A DNA stretch of 40,347 nucleotides, the filler included, from Mycoplasmatota bacterium (GTDB lineage Bacteria; Bacillota_I; Bacilli_A; RF39; UBA660), in NCBI GenBank assembly GCA_012727915.1. It is 4 parts of 4 records of this genome, joined end to end, with 100 filler letters (N's around TTAATTAATTAA, not from the genome) between each part and the next. Parts side by side here need not be neighbours in the genome. Positions count along the whole stretch, not along the records: positions 1 to 8,536 come from JAAYGD010000014.1; positions 8,637 to 10,174 come from JAAYGD010000018.1; 2 more parts are not named here. The stretch is one strand, 5' to 3'. Shown here one piece after another: positions 1 to 10,274 of this stretch (positions are counted from its first letter, which is position 1; each line of letters starts with the position of its first letter). The position numbers were made by a program, and so were the translations under genes. A model generated the notes under the pieces. The model did not search any database and was not told the DNA's origin. It saw only the letters and a list, made by a program, of their open reading frames with translations.

Positions 1-156
1 GTAGCGTGGTCAGTGTATGTTAACGATACAGAAATGGGGTCAATAAGTGAAACTGGTTTATTTACCGCAACGACCCCAGGAACTGCAACAATTATTGCAA
101 AAGCATTAGATGGCTCATTAAAAGATGATACTTTTGATATAACAATAAATCCTTAA
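1..156 (+). CDS. 3' end of a surface protein ending in a bacterial Ig-like (Big_2-type) domain (partial)
   Basis: Frame 1 reads VAWSVYVNDTEMGSISETGLFTATTPGTATIIAKALDGSLKDDTFDITINP*, matching the W-S...G-x-x-TA...G-TATI-x-A...DGS Big_2 pattern; not in ORF track. Confidence 0.75.
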   Translation, partial: VAWSVYVNDTEMGSISETGLFTATTPGTATIIAKALDGSLKDDTFDITINP

Positions 157-177
157 CAGCAATTATTATTATTTTAT

Positions 178-209
178 AAACAATATCGATTATTCGATAT
201 TGTTTTTTT
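178..209 (+). terminator. Rho-independent terminator
   Basis: aaacaatatcga-ttat-tcgatattgttt hairpin followed by T run, just after the Ig-domain gene. Confidence 0.8.
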
Positions 210-231
210 ATCTTTATTAAAATATATATTA

Positions 232-240
232 TGATATAAT
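232..240 (+). promoter_or_regulatory. Extended -10 sigma-A promoter for tRNA
   Basis: TGaTATAAT 8 nt upstream of tRNA 5' end. Confidence 0.6.
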
Positions 241-248
241 TTTTATAT

Positions 249-322
249 GCCGTCTTAGTTCAGTGGTAGAACGGTTGCATGGTAAGCAACAAACACAAGT
301 TCGATTCTTGTAGGTGGCACCA
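249..322 (+). tRNA. tRNA-Thr (anticodon GGU)
   Basis: Cloverleaf: acceptor GCCGTCT/AGGTGGC, D arm GTTC/GAAC, anticodon arm GTTGC-ATGGTAA-GCAAC, T arm ACAAG-TTCGATT-CTTGT, encoded CCA. Confidence 0.95.
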
Positions 323-370
323 TTATATTAAATAAAAATATATTATTATATTTTAAAAAAAATTGTTTTG

Positions 371-394
371 TGATATAATTTTATCATTGGAGGA
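371..394 (+). promoter_or_regulatory. Extended -10 promoter and RBS for lipoprotein gene
   Basis: TGaTATAAT at 371-379, GGAGGA at 389-394 before ATG 398. Confidence 0.55.
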
Positions 395-397
395 TAT

Positions 398-1108
398 ATG
401 AAAAAAATTATTTTATTTATATTGTTTGTTTTAATTTTTTCTGGTTGCGGAAATGATAAAGTAACAGAAGTATATAATGGTGCTGTTACAGATTATTCAA
501 AAAGTTATTTAGATAAAGGTTATATTGTTAACGTATATAAAGAGATACAAAAAGAGGAAGAAGATTCTGAAAAAGGTTATGTAAGAATAAGATATAATGT
601 TATTACTGATTATTTTTCTAATAAAGAATTTGATCCTAATGCGGGTTATAATATTAAGAAGAAAGTTGTTAGTAATGTTAGAGTAATTAGTCAACCAAAA
701 AAAGGTATTGCTAATGAGTTGTTTGGAAATTCAACTTTGGAAGATATTGGTGATGAATTACTTGGAACAAATAATAAGTTTGAAATAGAATATGATAAAC
801 CTCATTCTACAGGCGTGCAATCTTCAATAAGTGTTGTTGTTAATAATATTGCGCTTTTTGATGCATCTAAATATGGAATTGGAGATCCAATATCTTTAGA
901 AACTTTGTATGATGATTTAGGGATTACTATAGAGGATGTTACACTTACTTTGGGATTTAGAGTAGAGTTAATTACAGTTGATAATAAAACATTGTATAAA
1001 GATTATGAAATAGTATTACCACCAAATGATTTTGATTTTGTTAATGAATTTCATATTGATTTAACTACTGATGATGTTAGTAAAATGGAACCATTTTTGG
1101 AAAAATAA
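398..1108 (+). CDS. Lipoprotein of unknown function
   Basis: MKK + hydrophobic stretch + lipobox-like FSG|C; RBS present. Confidence 0.8.
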   Translation: MKKIILFILFVLIFSGCGNDKVTEVYNGAVTDYSKSYLDKGYIVNVYKEIQKEEEDSEKGYVRIRYNVITDYFSNKEFDPNAGYNIKKKVVSNVRVISQPKKGIANELFGNSTLEDIGDELLGTNNKFEIEYDKPHSTGVQSSISVVVNNIALFDASKYGIGDPISLETLYDDLGITIEDVTLTLGFRVELITVDNKTLYKDYEIVLPPNDFDFVNEFHIDLTTDDVSKMEPFLEK

Positions 1109-1114
1109 TTTTAT

Positions 1115-1855
1115 ATGGGGAGTTTTAAGGTTATGGAGTTAAAATATGGGGATGTTTATGGTTTTAATATTGATGAAGAAATAATAAAAATAGAGAATAC
1201 TAAAGAAAAGATTGGAATAAAAGTTATACCAGATAATAAAGCACAGTTGTTTTTGATGGGGATATTATTTGCGGCTAATAAAAGAATAAAATTATTAAAT
1301 AAAAAAGATTTAGATATGTCTGGTAAAAAAACATTTAATATTATGTTTTCAATTTGGGAAAATGTATACAACACTAATTTTCCAAACAGAAAAAAAACAA
1401 ATGTAGTTCATTGGTTTGATGAAATTTTGTTAAATGAGAAAAAAAATAAGACCGTATTTAAACCTATTTTAAATAATGAAATTGATAAAAAATTATTTTT
1501 AATATGTCCTGTTAAGGATGCAAATAAAGAACAATTAGAAAAAATGAGAAAATATTTAAAACAAAAAAGAGATGAAGGATATTTAACTCATTTTCCTCAT
1601 GATGATACTAATCAAGTTGATTCTTTGGGTGGATATAACATATGTAAAGAAAATGGAAATGCAATTGGATCATCATCTGAAGTTCATATTTATTATGAAC
1701 CAAGTAGTAGGGGTTCTGCATTTGATTTGGGAATGGCATATTATATGAAAAAATCTCTTCATATAATAAATGAAAGAGAGTTTGTATATAATATGAGTGA
1801 TTATATAGATAAAAAAATATATGAAATGTCTAAACCAAAAACATTAATAAAATAA
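1115..1855 (+). CDS. Nucleoside 2-deoxyribosyltransferase (NDT/Rcl)-like protein with a degenerate N-terminal duplicate domain
   Basis: C-terminal FLICP...FPHDD...ICKENGNAI..SSEVHIYY..SRGSAFDLGMAY..KK matches the NDT-fold motif order. Confidence 0.65.
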   Translation: MGSFKVMELKYGDVYGFNIDEEIIKIENTKEKIGIKVIPDNKAQLFLMGILFAANKRIKLLNKKDLDMSGKKTFNIMFSIWENVYNTNFPNRKKTNVVHWFDEILLNEKKNKTVFKPILNNEIDKKLFLICPVKDANKEQLEKMRKYLKQKRDEGYLTHFPHDDTNQVDSLGGYNICKENGNAIGSSSEVHIYYEPSSRGSAFDLGMAYYMKKSLHIINEREFVYNMSDYIDKKIYEMSKPKTLIK

Positions 1856-1880
1856 AGCAACATTTAATATGTTGCTTTTT
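1854..1880. terminator. Bidirectional terminator between convergent genes
   Basis: aaagcaacat-ttaat-atgttgcttt hairpin with A and T flanks between stops at 1855 and 1879. Confidence 0.75.
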
Positions 1881-2529
1881 ATATATATTCTTTTAAATAA
1901 TGTATAACTGGTTGAATTGAGATAAAACCCTCTTTATTGCTTAATACTTGTCTAATATTTCCTTGTATATACCAACTAATGCAGGTTTTACTATTGTCAT
2001 TTAAATCATAATAGAAATCAACATCAGTCATAGTTAAAGTATCGATTTCTTTTACCCAATCTTCTTTATACTTTACTGAATAATTATAATTTATTTCATC
2101 TATTTCTTTAATAGTTAATTCTACTATTTCATCATATTCTTCTAGTGTTATTAGTCTTATTTTATATCCATATATTTCTTTTGTTTTATCTTTTCCTATT
2201 TTATTTAAATATTCTCCTTCAAAATACTTTTTTTCAGTTAAATATATATATTTTTTAAAACAATTATTAATTTTCCTTGTATAATTTGTATTTATTAAAG
2301 TAACATAATCTTCATTTATAGATGAGTTTTTAATAACTCTCCATTCTTCATCATTAATTATAATAATATCTCCAATAAAGTATTCTTTATATGTAATGGG
2401 TTCTTTTATTTCTTTTTGTATATAAATTTCATCTTTGGGTTCTGTATTTCTTTTTATTAGAAGATAAATATTTAGTGTAATAAGAAATAACAATAAAATG
2501 ATTCCTATTAGTTTTTTCAAATTTATCAC
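1879..2529 (-). CDS. Membrane-anchored hypothetical protein
   Basis: GTG start, single N-terminal hydrophobic helix, then soluble domain (GDIIIINDEEWRVIK). Confidence 0.75.
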   Translation of the reverse strand: MINLKKLIGIILLLFLITLNIYLLIKRNTEPKDEIYIQKEIKEPITYKEYFIGDIIIINDEEWRVIKNSSINEDYVTLINTNYTRKINNCFKKYIYLTEKKYFEGEYLNKIGKDKTKEIYGYKIRLITLEEYDEIVELTIKEIDEINYNYSVKYKEDWVKEIDTLTMTDVDFYYDLNDNSKTCISWYIQGNIRQVLSNKEGFISIQPVIHYLKEYI

Positions 2530-2570
2530 CTATTATTATTATAACATAATTATATAATTGAAATTAATAT

Positions 2571-2598
2571 AAAAAAAACACTAACTGAACTAGTGTTT
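2571..2598 (-). terminator. Terminator after rpmB
   Basis: Minus strand aacacta-gttcagt-tagtgtt followed by T run. Confidence 0.7.
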
Positions 2599-2767
2599 AT
2601 TTATTTCCTTTTTTAATTTTCTTAGCTTCTCTTGCGCTCATTACTACTTTTTTTCCATCGATAGTTACTTTTTGCATATTTAAACTTTGTTTCTTTTTAG
2701 TAGCGTTTAAAGCATGAGAGCGATTGTTACCAAATAAAGGTTTTCTATTTGTACTAGTATTTGCCAT
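2597..2767 (-). CDS. rpmB: 50S ribosomal protein L28 (Cys-free form, 56 aa)
   Basis: [27 protein letters not shown]28 signature; start moved to ATG 2767 behind AGGAGG. Confidence 0.93.
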   Translation of the reverse strand: MANTSTNRKPLFGNNRSHALNATKKKQSLNMQKVTIDGKKVVMSAREAKKIKKGNK

Positions 2768-2792
2768 ATTTCCTCCTAAAATCACTTAATAA

Positions 2793-2850
2793 ATGTTATC
2801 ATAATATTGAAGTTTAGTCAATTGAAATAAAGAATATTATAGTGTAAAAT
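2793..2850. promoter_or_regulatory. Back-to-back divergent sigma-A promoters (rpmB and dnaE)
   Basis: Minus: TTGACT(2821-2816)-17-TAACAT with TG extension; plus: TTGAAA(2822-2827)-17-TAAAAT(2845-2850). Confidence 0.6.
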
Positions 2851-2870
2851 TAATATGAGAAGGTGATAGA

Positions 2871-5747
2871 ATGAATTATATTCCTTTATATGTAAAAACT
2901 AGTTATTCTATGTTATCTTCTTTATGTGATATAAAAAAGCTTGTTAGATGCGCTAAAGAAATAGATATTAAGGCATTAGCTATTACTGATAATAATATGT
3001 ATGGGACATTGGAGTTTTATAAAGAATGTAAAAAAAATAATATTAAACCTATAATAGGATTAGAATTAAAGATTAATGAAGAGATTTTGTTGTTATATGC
3101 TAAAAACTATAAGGGATATCAAAATTTAACTAATTTAACTTATATTAATCAAGATAGAGATTTAAATTATGAAGATTTAAAAAAATATAATGCAAATTTA
3201 ATTTGTATAGTTTTAAATATAGATTTATATAAAGATTTAACTAGTATATATATTAATTTATATCTAGGATATAGTAATGATTATATAGAAAAAAGTTTAA
3301 TAACTAATAATTTAGTATATATAAATAAAGTACTTTGTTTAAAGAAAGAAGATATTAAGTATTTAAAATATCTATATTTAATTAAAGAAGGAAAAAAGAT
3401 AGATAGTATAGATGAATATAATGTTGATGATAACTGTTATTTGGAATATTCTATAAAAAGTGATTTTGAAATTGAAAATGAAATAATAAAAATGTGTAAT
3501 ATTGATTTTAATTATAATCCCGATTTATTTCCTATTTATTCAAAGGATATTAATTCAAAAGATTATTTAATGGAATTATCTAAAAAAGGATTGATAAAGA
3601 GATTCGGTTCTAAGGTTAAAAAGAGCTATTATGATAGATTATTATATGAATTAGATATTATTAATAAGATGAAATTTAATGATTGTTTTTTAGTGGCTTA
3701 TGACTATGTAAAGTATGCTAGAAAAAATAAAATATTAATTGGTCCAGGTAGAGGAAGTGCCGCTTGTTCTTTGGTTTCATATTGTTTAGGTATTACTGAA
3801 GTTGATCCTTTAAAATATGATTTATTATTTGAAAGATTTTTAAATGTTGAAAGAATTAGTATGCCTGATATAGATATAGACTTTGAGTCAAATAATAGAG
3901 AAAAAGTAATAGATTATGTAATTAATAAATATTCAAATGTGAGAGCAGTTCCTATAATAACTTTTTCTTCGTTATCTGGAAGACAAGTTATAAGAGATGT
4001 AGGAAAAATATTAAATATTGATATAAAGAAGATAGATAGAATAAGTAAAATAATTGGTTATAATTCTTTAAATGAAGCTTATTTAAAAAATAAAGATTTA
4101 AAAAGTTATATAGAAAGTAATAATCTTGACAGTTTAATGGATATTAGTTTAAACTTAGATGGTTTAAAAAGACAAATATCATTGCATGCAGCAGGAATTA
4201 TAATATCTAATTTAAATTTATATGATTATATACCTTTACAAAAATATAATGAAATATATATAAGTGGTTTTTCTATGGAGCATTTAGAAGAATTAGGACT
4301 ATTAAAATTGGATTTATTAGGTTTAAAAGATTTAACATTGATAGAAAAGGTATTGGGAAAAATAAATATTGATTATAACAATATTCCTTTAGATGATGAG
4401 AAAACATATAATTTATTTAAGAATGGATATACAGATGGTATATTTCAATTTGAATCTGATGGAATGAAAAACTTTTTAAAAAAATTAAAACCAGATTCTT
4501 TTGATGATATTATAGCTGCTATTGCGTTATTTAGACCGGGTCCTTCATCTAATATTGATGATTATATAAAAAGAAAATATAGGAAAGAAAAATTTGATTA
4601 TATTCATGAAGACTTGGAAGAAATATTATCAAGTACTTATGGAATAATAATATATCAAGAACAAATAATGAAGATAGCAAATAAGATTGCTAATTATTCT
4701 TTAGGTGAAGCTGATGTATTAAGAAGGGCAATAAGTAAAAAGAAAAAAGAAGTATTAATGGATGAAGAAAGTAAATTTATAAATAGATCTATTGAAAATG
4801 GATATTCTGAAGATTTAGCAAAAGAAATATATCAATTTATATTAAAGTTTGCAAATTATGGGTTTAATAAAGCACACTCGGTAGGGTATTCAATACTTGC
4901 GTATAGAATGGCATATTTAAAAGCCAATTATACTAAGGAGTTCCTGGCCGAATTGTTGACTAATGTGATAGGTCAAGAAAATAAAACTAAGAAATATATT
5001 GAAGAATGTAAAAAAATGAATATTAATATATTAAAGCCTTGTATAAATGAAAGTTTAGGAGAGTATAAAGCAGAACTTGATGGAATAAGATATTCTTTAT
5101 CTGCTATTAAAAATATTGGATCATCATTATCAAAAGAAATATTAAATGAAAGAGCTAAAGGGGAATATAAAGATATATTTGATTTTGTTTCTAGAACATA
5201 TAAGTTTTTTAATAGAAAAATGTTGGAAAGTTTAATTGATTCTAATTCATTTGACCTATTTGGATATAATCATAAAACTATGATAAATAATCTGGATCTA
5301 TTAATTACATATGGTGAATTAAATAATGGATTGGGTAATTCATCTGTAGAAAAACCTTTAATAGAAGTATATGATGAGTATACCAAAGAAGAATTATCTA
5401 AAAGGGAAATAGATGTATTTGGTTTTTATTTATCTAATCATCCAGTTATTAGTTATAAGTTAAATTATGAAAACATAATAAATTCTATAGATATTAGTAA
5501 TTATTTTAATAAAGAAATTAATATGATTTTGATGATTGATAATATTAAAGAAATAAATACCAAAAATGGTAAACAAATGGCTTTTGTAAAGGGTAGTGAT
5601 GAGTTTGGAAGTGTTGATTTAGTGCTGTTTCCTAAGGTATATGAAAACAATAAAATTGAAATTGGAAATATATTTTTAATTAAAGGTAATGTTGAAAAGA
5701 ATATGTCTAAATATCAAATTGTAGTATCTAATTTGAAAAAAAATTAA
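2871..5747 (+). CDS. dnaE: DNA polymerase III alpha subunit (DnaE)
   Basis: GPGRGSAA, LLFERFLN, MPDIDIDF, HAAG, YGFNKAHS motifs; C-terminal OB fold. Confidence 0.97.
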   Translation: MNYIPLYVKTSYSMLSSLCDIKKLVRCAKEIDIKALAITDNNMYGTLEFYKECKKNNIKPIIGLELKINEEILLLYAKNYKGYQNLTNLTYINQDRDLNYEDLKKYNANLICIVLNIDLYKDLTSIYINLYLGYSNDYIEKSLITNNLVYINKVLCLKKEDIKYLKYLYLIKEGKKIDSIDEYNVDDNCYLEYSIKSDFEIENEIIKMCNIDFNYNPDLFPIYSKDINSKDYLMELSKKGLIKRFGSKVKKSYYDRLLYELDIINKMKFNDCFLVAYDYVKYARKNKILIGPGRGSAACSLVSYCLGITEVDPLKYDLLFERFLNVERISMPDIDIDFESNNREKVIDYVINKYSNVRAVPIITFSSLSGRQVIRDVGKILNIDIKKIDRISKIIGYNSLNEAYLKNKDLKSYIESNNLDSLMDISLNLDGLKRQISLHAAGIIISNLNLYDYIPLQKYNEIYISGFSMEHLEELGLLKLDLLGLKDLTLIEKVLGKINIDYNNIPLDDEKTYNLFKNGYTDGIFQFESDGMKNFLKKLKPDSFDDIIAAIALFRPGPSSNIDDYIKRKYRKEKFDYIHEDLEEILSSTYGIIIYQEQIMKIANKIANYSLGEADVLRRAISKKKKEVLMDEESKFINRSIENGYSEDLAKEIYQFILKFANYGFNKAHSVGYSILAYRMAYLKANYTKEFLAELLTNVIGQENKTKKYIEECKKMNINILKPCINESLGEYKAELDGIRYSLSAIKNIGSSLSKEILNERAKGEYKDIFDFVSRTYKFFNRKMLESLIDSNSFDLFGYNHKTMINNLDLLITYGELNNGLGNSSVEKPLIEVYDEYTKEELSKREIDVFGFYLSNHPVISYKLNYENIINSIDISNYFNKEINMILMIDNIKEINTKNGKQMAFVKGSDEFGSVDLVLFPKVYENNKIEIGNIFLIKGNVEKNMSKYQIVVSNLKKN

Positions 5748-5784
5748 AAAAATGATATAATTTCAAAATACATGAGAGGTTATT

Positions 5785-7299
5785 ATGAATAAGAAACAAA
5801 AATTTATTAGTGTAATATTAACTTTATTTTTTTCAATGTTTGCATTAATTCCCTCATTTGAAAAAAACATATCAGCAAAAGAATTTCCCAAGAAATTATA
5901 CAATGTTTATTTGGATGGGAATCATATAGGAACTATAAATTCAAAAGATAGATTATATAAATATATTGATGATGATCAAATAGATTTAAAAGAAAAATAT
6001 GATATTGAGGAAGTGTATTTACCACAAAATCTTTATATTGAAGATTATATTGGGTTTGAATCAAATCTAATTGATGAAAGAAAGTTATACGAAACTATAA
6101 AAGACGAAAAACCTTTTACAGTTAAAGGATCTATTATTACAATAAAAAAGCCTAAAGAAGATGGTTCTTTTGATATTAAAAAAATAAATGTATTAAGAGA
6201 AGAAGATTATAAAAAAGCGTTGGAGAATACTATTAAAACTTTTATAGATGAAAATGAATACAATGTGTTTTTTGATGGTAATACTTACACTAACTTTGAA
6301 TTAGGAAGTACTATTGAAGATATATATATAGGTGATGAGGCGTTAGGAAATATTACTATTAAGAGAGATGCGCTTATTCCTTCTGATGAATATATATTTA
6401 CAGATGAAAAAAAGTTAACACATTATTTATTGTTTGGTACTTTGGAAGAACAAGAAAAATATATTATAAAAAGTGGTGAAACTATAGAACAAGTTGCTTT
6501 TGATCATAAATTAGGTACTAAAGAGTTTTTAATTATTAATCCCGAATTTAATAGTGAATCAAATCTTTTATATGAAGGTCAAGAAGTAAATGTAGGTCAA
6601 ATAGCAACAGTAGTTGATGTTTTAAAGGAAGAACAATTAGTAGAAGACTTTGTAACAAAATTTAAAACCGAAATAAAATATGATTCATCTAAACCTTATA
6701 GTTATTATAAAGTGACTCAAGAAGGAGAAAATGGTTTAGAAAGAGTAACTAAAAGAATTCAATATAAAAATGGTATAATTGCTAATGCTAAGATAACTAA
6801 TTCTGAAGTAATAAAAACCACAGTAAATAGAATTGAAGTTAGAGGGTCTAGAATATCAGGAGATCCTATTATTATTGCGGATGCTGGTAATTGGGAATGG
6901 CCTACCAAAACCCCATATATGATTTATAGTGATTATGGTTATAGATTTATATTTGGAGCTAGAGATTTTCATGATGGAATAGATATAATTACATTCCCTA
7001 CAATGGGTTCTCCAGTATATGCTGCAAATGATGGTAATGTTGTTGGAGCTTCTGGTGGTGGCTATAATAGCGGTAGAGGTGCTTATATTATAATTAATCA
7101 TAATAATGGATTTTACACCGCTTACTATCACTTATCAAAAGTATCTGTTACAATTGGTCAAGCAGTTACAAAAGGTGAGGAGATAGGAAAAATAGGAAAC
7201 ACAGGAAGATCTACTGGACCTCATTTACATTTTGGGGTAGGTAAAGGTGGACCACCAAGTTCAAATAATTCTATTAATCCAATTTTGTTATATAGATAA
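5785..7299 (+). CDS. LysM-G5-M23 peptidoglycan endopeptidase
   Basis: Signal/anchor helix, LysM-like YIIKSGETIEQVA..NP, G5-like QEGENG, M23 motifs HDGID and GPHLHF. Confidence 0.9.
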   Translation: MNKKQKFISVILTLFFSMFALIPSFEKNISAKEFPKKLYNVYLDGNHIGTINSKDRLYKYIDDDQIDLKEKYDIEEVYLPQNLYIEDYIGFESNLIDERKLYETIKDEKPFTVKGSIITIKKPKEDGSFDIKKINVLREEDYKKALENTIKTFIDENEYNVFFDGNTYTNFELGSTIEDIYIGDEALGNITIKRDALIPSDEYIFTDEKKLTHYLLFGTLEEQEKYIIKSGETIEQVAFDHKLGTKEFLIINPEFNSESNLLYEGQEVNVGQIATVVDVLKEEQLVEDFVTKFKTEIKYDSSKPYSYYKVTQEGENGLERVTKRIQYKNGIIANAKITNSEVIKTTVNRIEVRGSRISGDPIIIADAGNWEWPTKTPYMIYSDYGYRFIFGARDFHDGIDIITFPTMGSPVYAANDGNVVGASGGGYNSGRGAYIIINHNNGFYTAYYHLSKVSVTIGQAVTKGEEIGKIGNTGRSTGPHLHFGVGKGGPPSSNNSINPILLYR

Positions 7300-7303
7300 A
7301 AAT

Positions 7304-7326
7304 AAAAAGAGTGTAAACTCTTTTTT
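7304..7326 (+). terminator. Rho-independent terminator
   Basis: aaaaagagt-gtaa-actcttttt(t). Confidence 0.7.
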
Positions 7327-7380
7327 ATATTTTTGATATACAAATATAAAAATGTTATAATATTTATGTTAGGAGGAACT

Positions 7381-8536
7381 ATGAAAAAAATAATAGGAAT
7401 ATTTTTAGTATTTGTTACTATGTTTTCTTTTGTAGGTTATGCCAAAGCGGAGACTATTAGGAATTTAAAAAAGAAATTAGATGTGTTATTAGAAGATGCT
7501 AAAGATAAACAAGATACTATTAAAAAAACAGATTCTGAAATAAATCAAACTAAAGGAACAATTAATAAAATATATAGCGAGATGGAATTTATATCAGATG
7601 AATTAATAAGAATTGAAAAAGAAATAATAGATCTTAATGAAGAAATTGAGGAGAAAGATGAACAAATAAAAGAGCTTATTAAAACTTATCAAACAACTAC
7701 TGAAGGTTCTTTTTATATAGAATATATATTTGGTGCTGAAACTATAGAGGATTTTATATATAGATTTTCTATTACAGAACAAATAGCAGAATACAATGAC
7801 GAATTAATTGTTCAAATGGAAGATAAGATAGAACAAAATAAAAAGAAAAATGAAGAAATGAATGAAAAAACTATAGAATTAGAACAACAACAAGATAAGC
7901 TAAAAGTACAATTAAATTCTTTGGGTAGAGAAAAAGAAGAATTACAAGAACAAGAGCAATCATTAGAAGACGAAATAAAAAGTGCTAAAGATGTAATATC
8001 TATGTATGAAAGAGCCGGATGTGGTTTGGATGAAGATTTAAATGTATGTGCTAATAGATTATTACCACCAGATACTAGGTTTTATAGACCTTTAACAAAT
8101 GGTTACGTTACTAGTAATTTTGGTAATAGGTATCATCCGATTGATAAAATTTATAAGTTTCATAGTGGAATAGATGTATCATCTGGAACTGGAGTAAATA
8201 CAAAAGTATTATCAGTTGCTAATGGAGTAGTTGCAAAAATATATTATGCTATTTGTGGTGGTAATCAAGTATATATTCATCATAATATTAATGGTAAAAA
8301 ATATACTTCAGCTTATTTGCATTTATCGGTAGTTAACGTTGTTGAAGGACAATTTGTATCTAAAGATACTGTAATAGGCATGATGGGTGGAGCAAATAGA
8401 AAATTAGATATATGTTCTACTGGAGCTCACTTACATTTATCTATAGCTTATGGACTTAGATATAAAGATTATTGGACTTATAATGATTATAAAGCAAGAT
8501 TAATTAACCCTAGACAAGTAATTAATTTTCCATCAA
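7381..8536 (+). CDS. Coiled-coil M23 peptidase (CwlO/EnvC-like architecture), 3' truncated by contig end
   Basis: Start ATG 7381 behind AGGAGG; signal peptide, long coiled coil with YIEYIFGAETIEDFI, M23 HSGID and GAHLHL. Confidence 0.88.
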
Positions 8537-8636
8537 NNNNNNNNNNNNNNNNNNNNNNNNNNNNNNNNNNNNNNNNNNNNTTAATTAATTAANNNNNNNN
8601 NNNNNNNNNNNNNNNNNNNNNNNNNNNNNNNNNNNN
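8537..8636. other. Artificial contig linker
   Basis: N44-TTAATTAATTAA-N44, stops in all six frames. Confidence 0.97.
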
Positions 8637-8976
8637 GTATAAATAAGGCATCAATAATATTATATTTATCAAAATCATTGTATATTATTAAAGGTATTAA
8701 GAAGAAAATTATCATAATAGCAATTATTCTATAATCTAAAAACAAAGAATAATTATCAACATTAAATTTACTTAATATTAAAAATAGTGTACTTATATAA
8801 GATAAAAATTTAACAAAAGATGGTGTTTTTCTTTTTAATTCTTTTAAACCTAATAATTCTTTTAATGCAAGCAATCCCAATATAGAAACTGCTAATTTAA
8901 AAACATTTCTTCCATATATAATTACTGGTACAAATACTATTATCATTATTATTATTCCAATAATTCTTTTTTTCAT
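8637..8976 (-). CDS. cdsA: Phosphatidate cytidylyltransferase, N-terminal part (truncated by contig end)
   Basis: MKKRII..I....P....G..F......LG..ALKELL pattern typical of CdsA N-terminus; polytopic membrane profile; catalytic C-terminus not visible. Confidence 0.72.
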
Positions 8977-9021
8977 ACTCTCACCATATTAATTATATAT
9001 TAGTTGTCTATTTATATCAAG

Positions 9022-9981
9022 TTATTTAATGCTTATACCCCTATATAAAGTTTTATCTTTTAATGCTTTTGCATATGTATCTGTTATTAAAATATCTCCA
9101 TTAGGATTGATGCTCTTTCTCTTGGATATTTCGTCATAATATTCAACATTTGATTTTATAACGGATTCTTCATCGAGCATAAATAAATTTGCTCTCATAA
9201 AACAAGTTCTAAGAATATTTTTGCTATCTAATTTGCCTTTTACATTATGTTTTTTTAAATCAAATTGAGTTTTTTTCAAATTATCTAAAATTATCCCTCC
9301 GAATATTGATGCATTTATTTCATTAGGAATATCTGTAAATCTCATATAAAAATTAGCCATTATTGGGATATTATTATCAACTTCAAAGTTATTCATTAAC
9401 ATTTCTGATTCTAAATAATCATTTAAAAATATTAAATTATATTTTGCTTCAATCAATTCATATTTAATATTTTCATCTTCTATAGTATTTATGCTGTCTT
9501 GAATCATAGATAAATAAACCCTATTTATATCATCATTAAAAAGGTTATCACAATAAATTAGATACGAAGATAAACGCACCCCATATTTTATTTCACTATA
9601 TTTTTGAAGTTCTTCTTCTTTTTTTAAACTTTCAAGTTCCTGAAGTATACGATTAAATATTCTATTAAACAAATATCTATTTGGTAAATCTTTTGAATCT
9701 CTTATTATGCTTTCTTGATCATCAAATTGCCCTAACAATAATTCGTTTTTTAAATGTACACTTGCATTAATCATTTCTAATAATTTGTGTTCCTCTATAT
9801 CCATACAGTCTTTTATTAAATCATTTATGTTTGATAAAGAACTCATTGTTTCTTTAAAATCTTCGCTATCCTTAGAACCTATAGCTTCAAAATAAGCAAG
9901 GTCTTCATATAATTCTTTTCTTTTATTTATCAATGCTTCTTCTTTTTTATAGTTTAAATAAGCCAACTCAAATTCATCCAT
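9022..9981 (-). CDS. Hypothetical helical protein
   Basis: Long ORF; likely start ATG 9981 behind GGAGGG; no recognised motif. Confidence 0.75.
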   Translation of the reverse strand: MDEFELAYLNYKKEEALINKRKELYEDLAYFEAIGSKDSEDFKETMSSLSNINDLIKDCMDIEEHKLLEMINASVHLKNELLLGQFDDQESIIRDSKDLPNRYLFNRIFNRILQELESLKKEEELQKYSEIKYGVRLSSYLIYCDNLFNDDINRVYLSMIQDSINTIEDENIKYELIEAKYNLIFLNDYLESEMLMNNFEVDNNIPIMANFYMRFTDIPNEINASIFGGIILDNLKKTQFDLKKHNVKGKLDSKNILRTCFMRANLFMLDEESVIKSNVEYYDEISKRKSINPNGDILITDTYAKALKDKTLYRGISIK

Positions 9982-10088
9982 ACAACCCTCCATAAACATA
10001 TATAATATACTATTTTTATATATTTTCAAACTATAATTGATAATTTATTTCTTTTATGATAGAATATCAAATTAATTGAGGTGAAAGT

Positions 10089-10174
10089 ATGAAATATTCA
10101 TCAAATTTTGATTTTTATTTATTACCATCTAGATCTATTTTTACAGATTTTTTAAGCGAATATAAATATATAGA
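10089..10174 (+). CDS. 5' fragment of a gene cut by contig end
   Basis: GAGGTG RBS then ATG, open to the gap (MKYSSNFDFYLLPSRSIFTDFLSEYKYI...). Confidence 0.55.
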
Positions 10175-10274
10175 NNNNNNNNNNNNNNNNNNNNNNNNNN
10201 NNNNNNNNNNNNNNNNNNTTAATTAATTAANNNNNNNNNNNNNNNNNNNNNNNNNNNNNNNNNNNNNNNNNNNN
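10175..10274. other. Artificial contig linker
   Basis: N44-TTAATTAATTAA-N44. Confidence 0.97.

Noticed and set aside
249..1855. tRNA-Thr as prophage/island attachment site
   Set aside because: No integrase and no duplicate of the tRNA 3' end seen in the window
2871..3100. DnaE PHP domain lacking HxH metal ligands (YVKT)
   Set aside because: Degenerate PHP sites are common in DnaE from PolC-containing lineages
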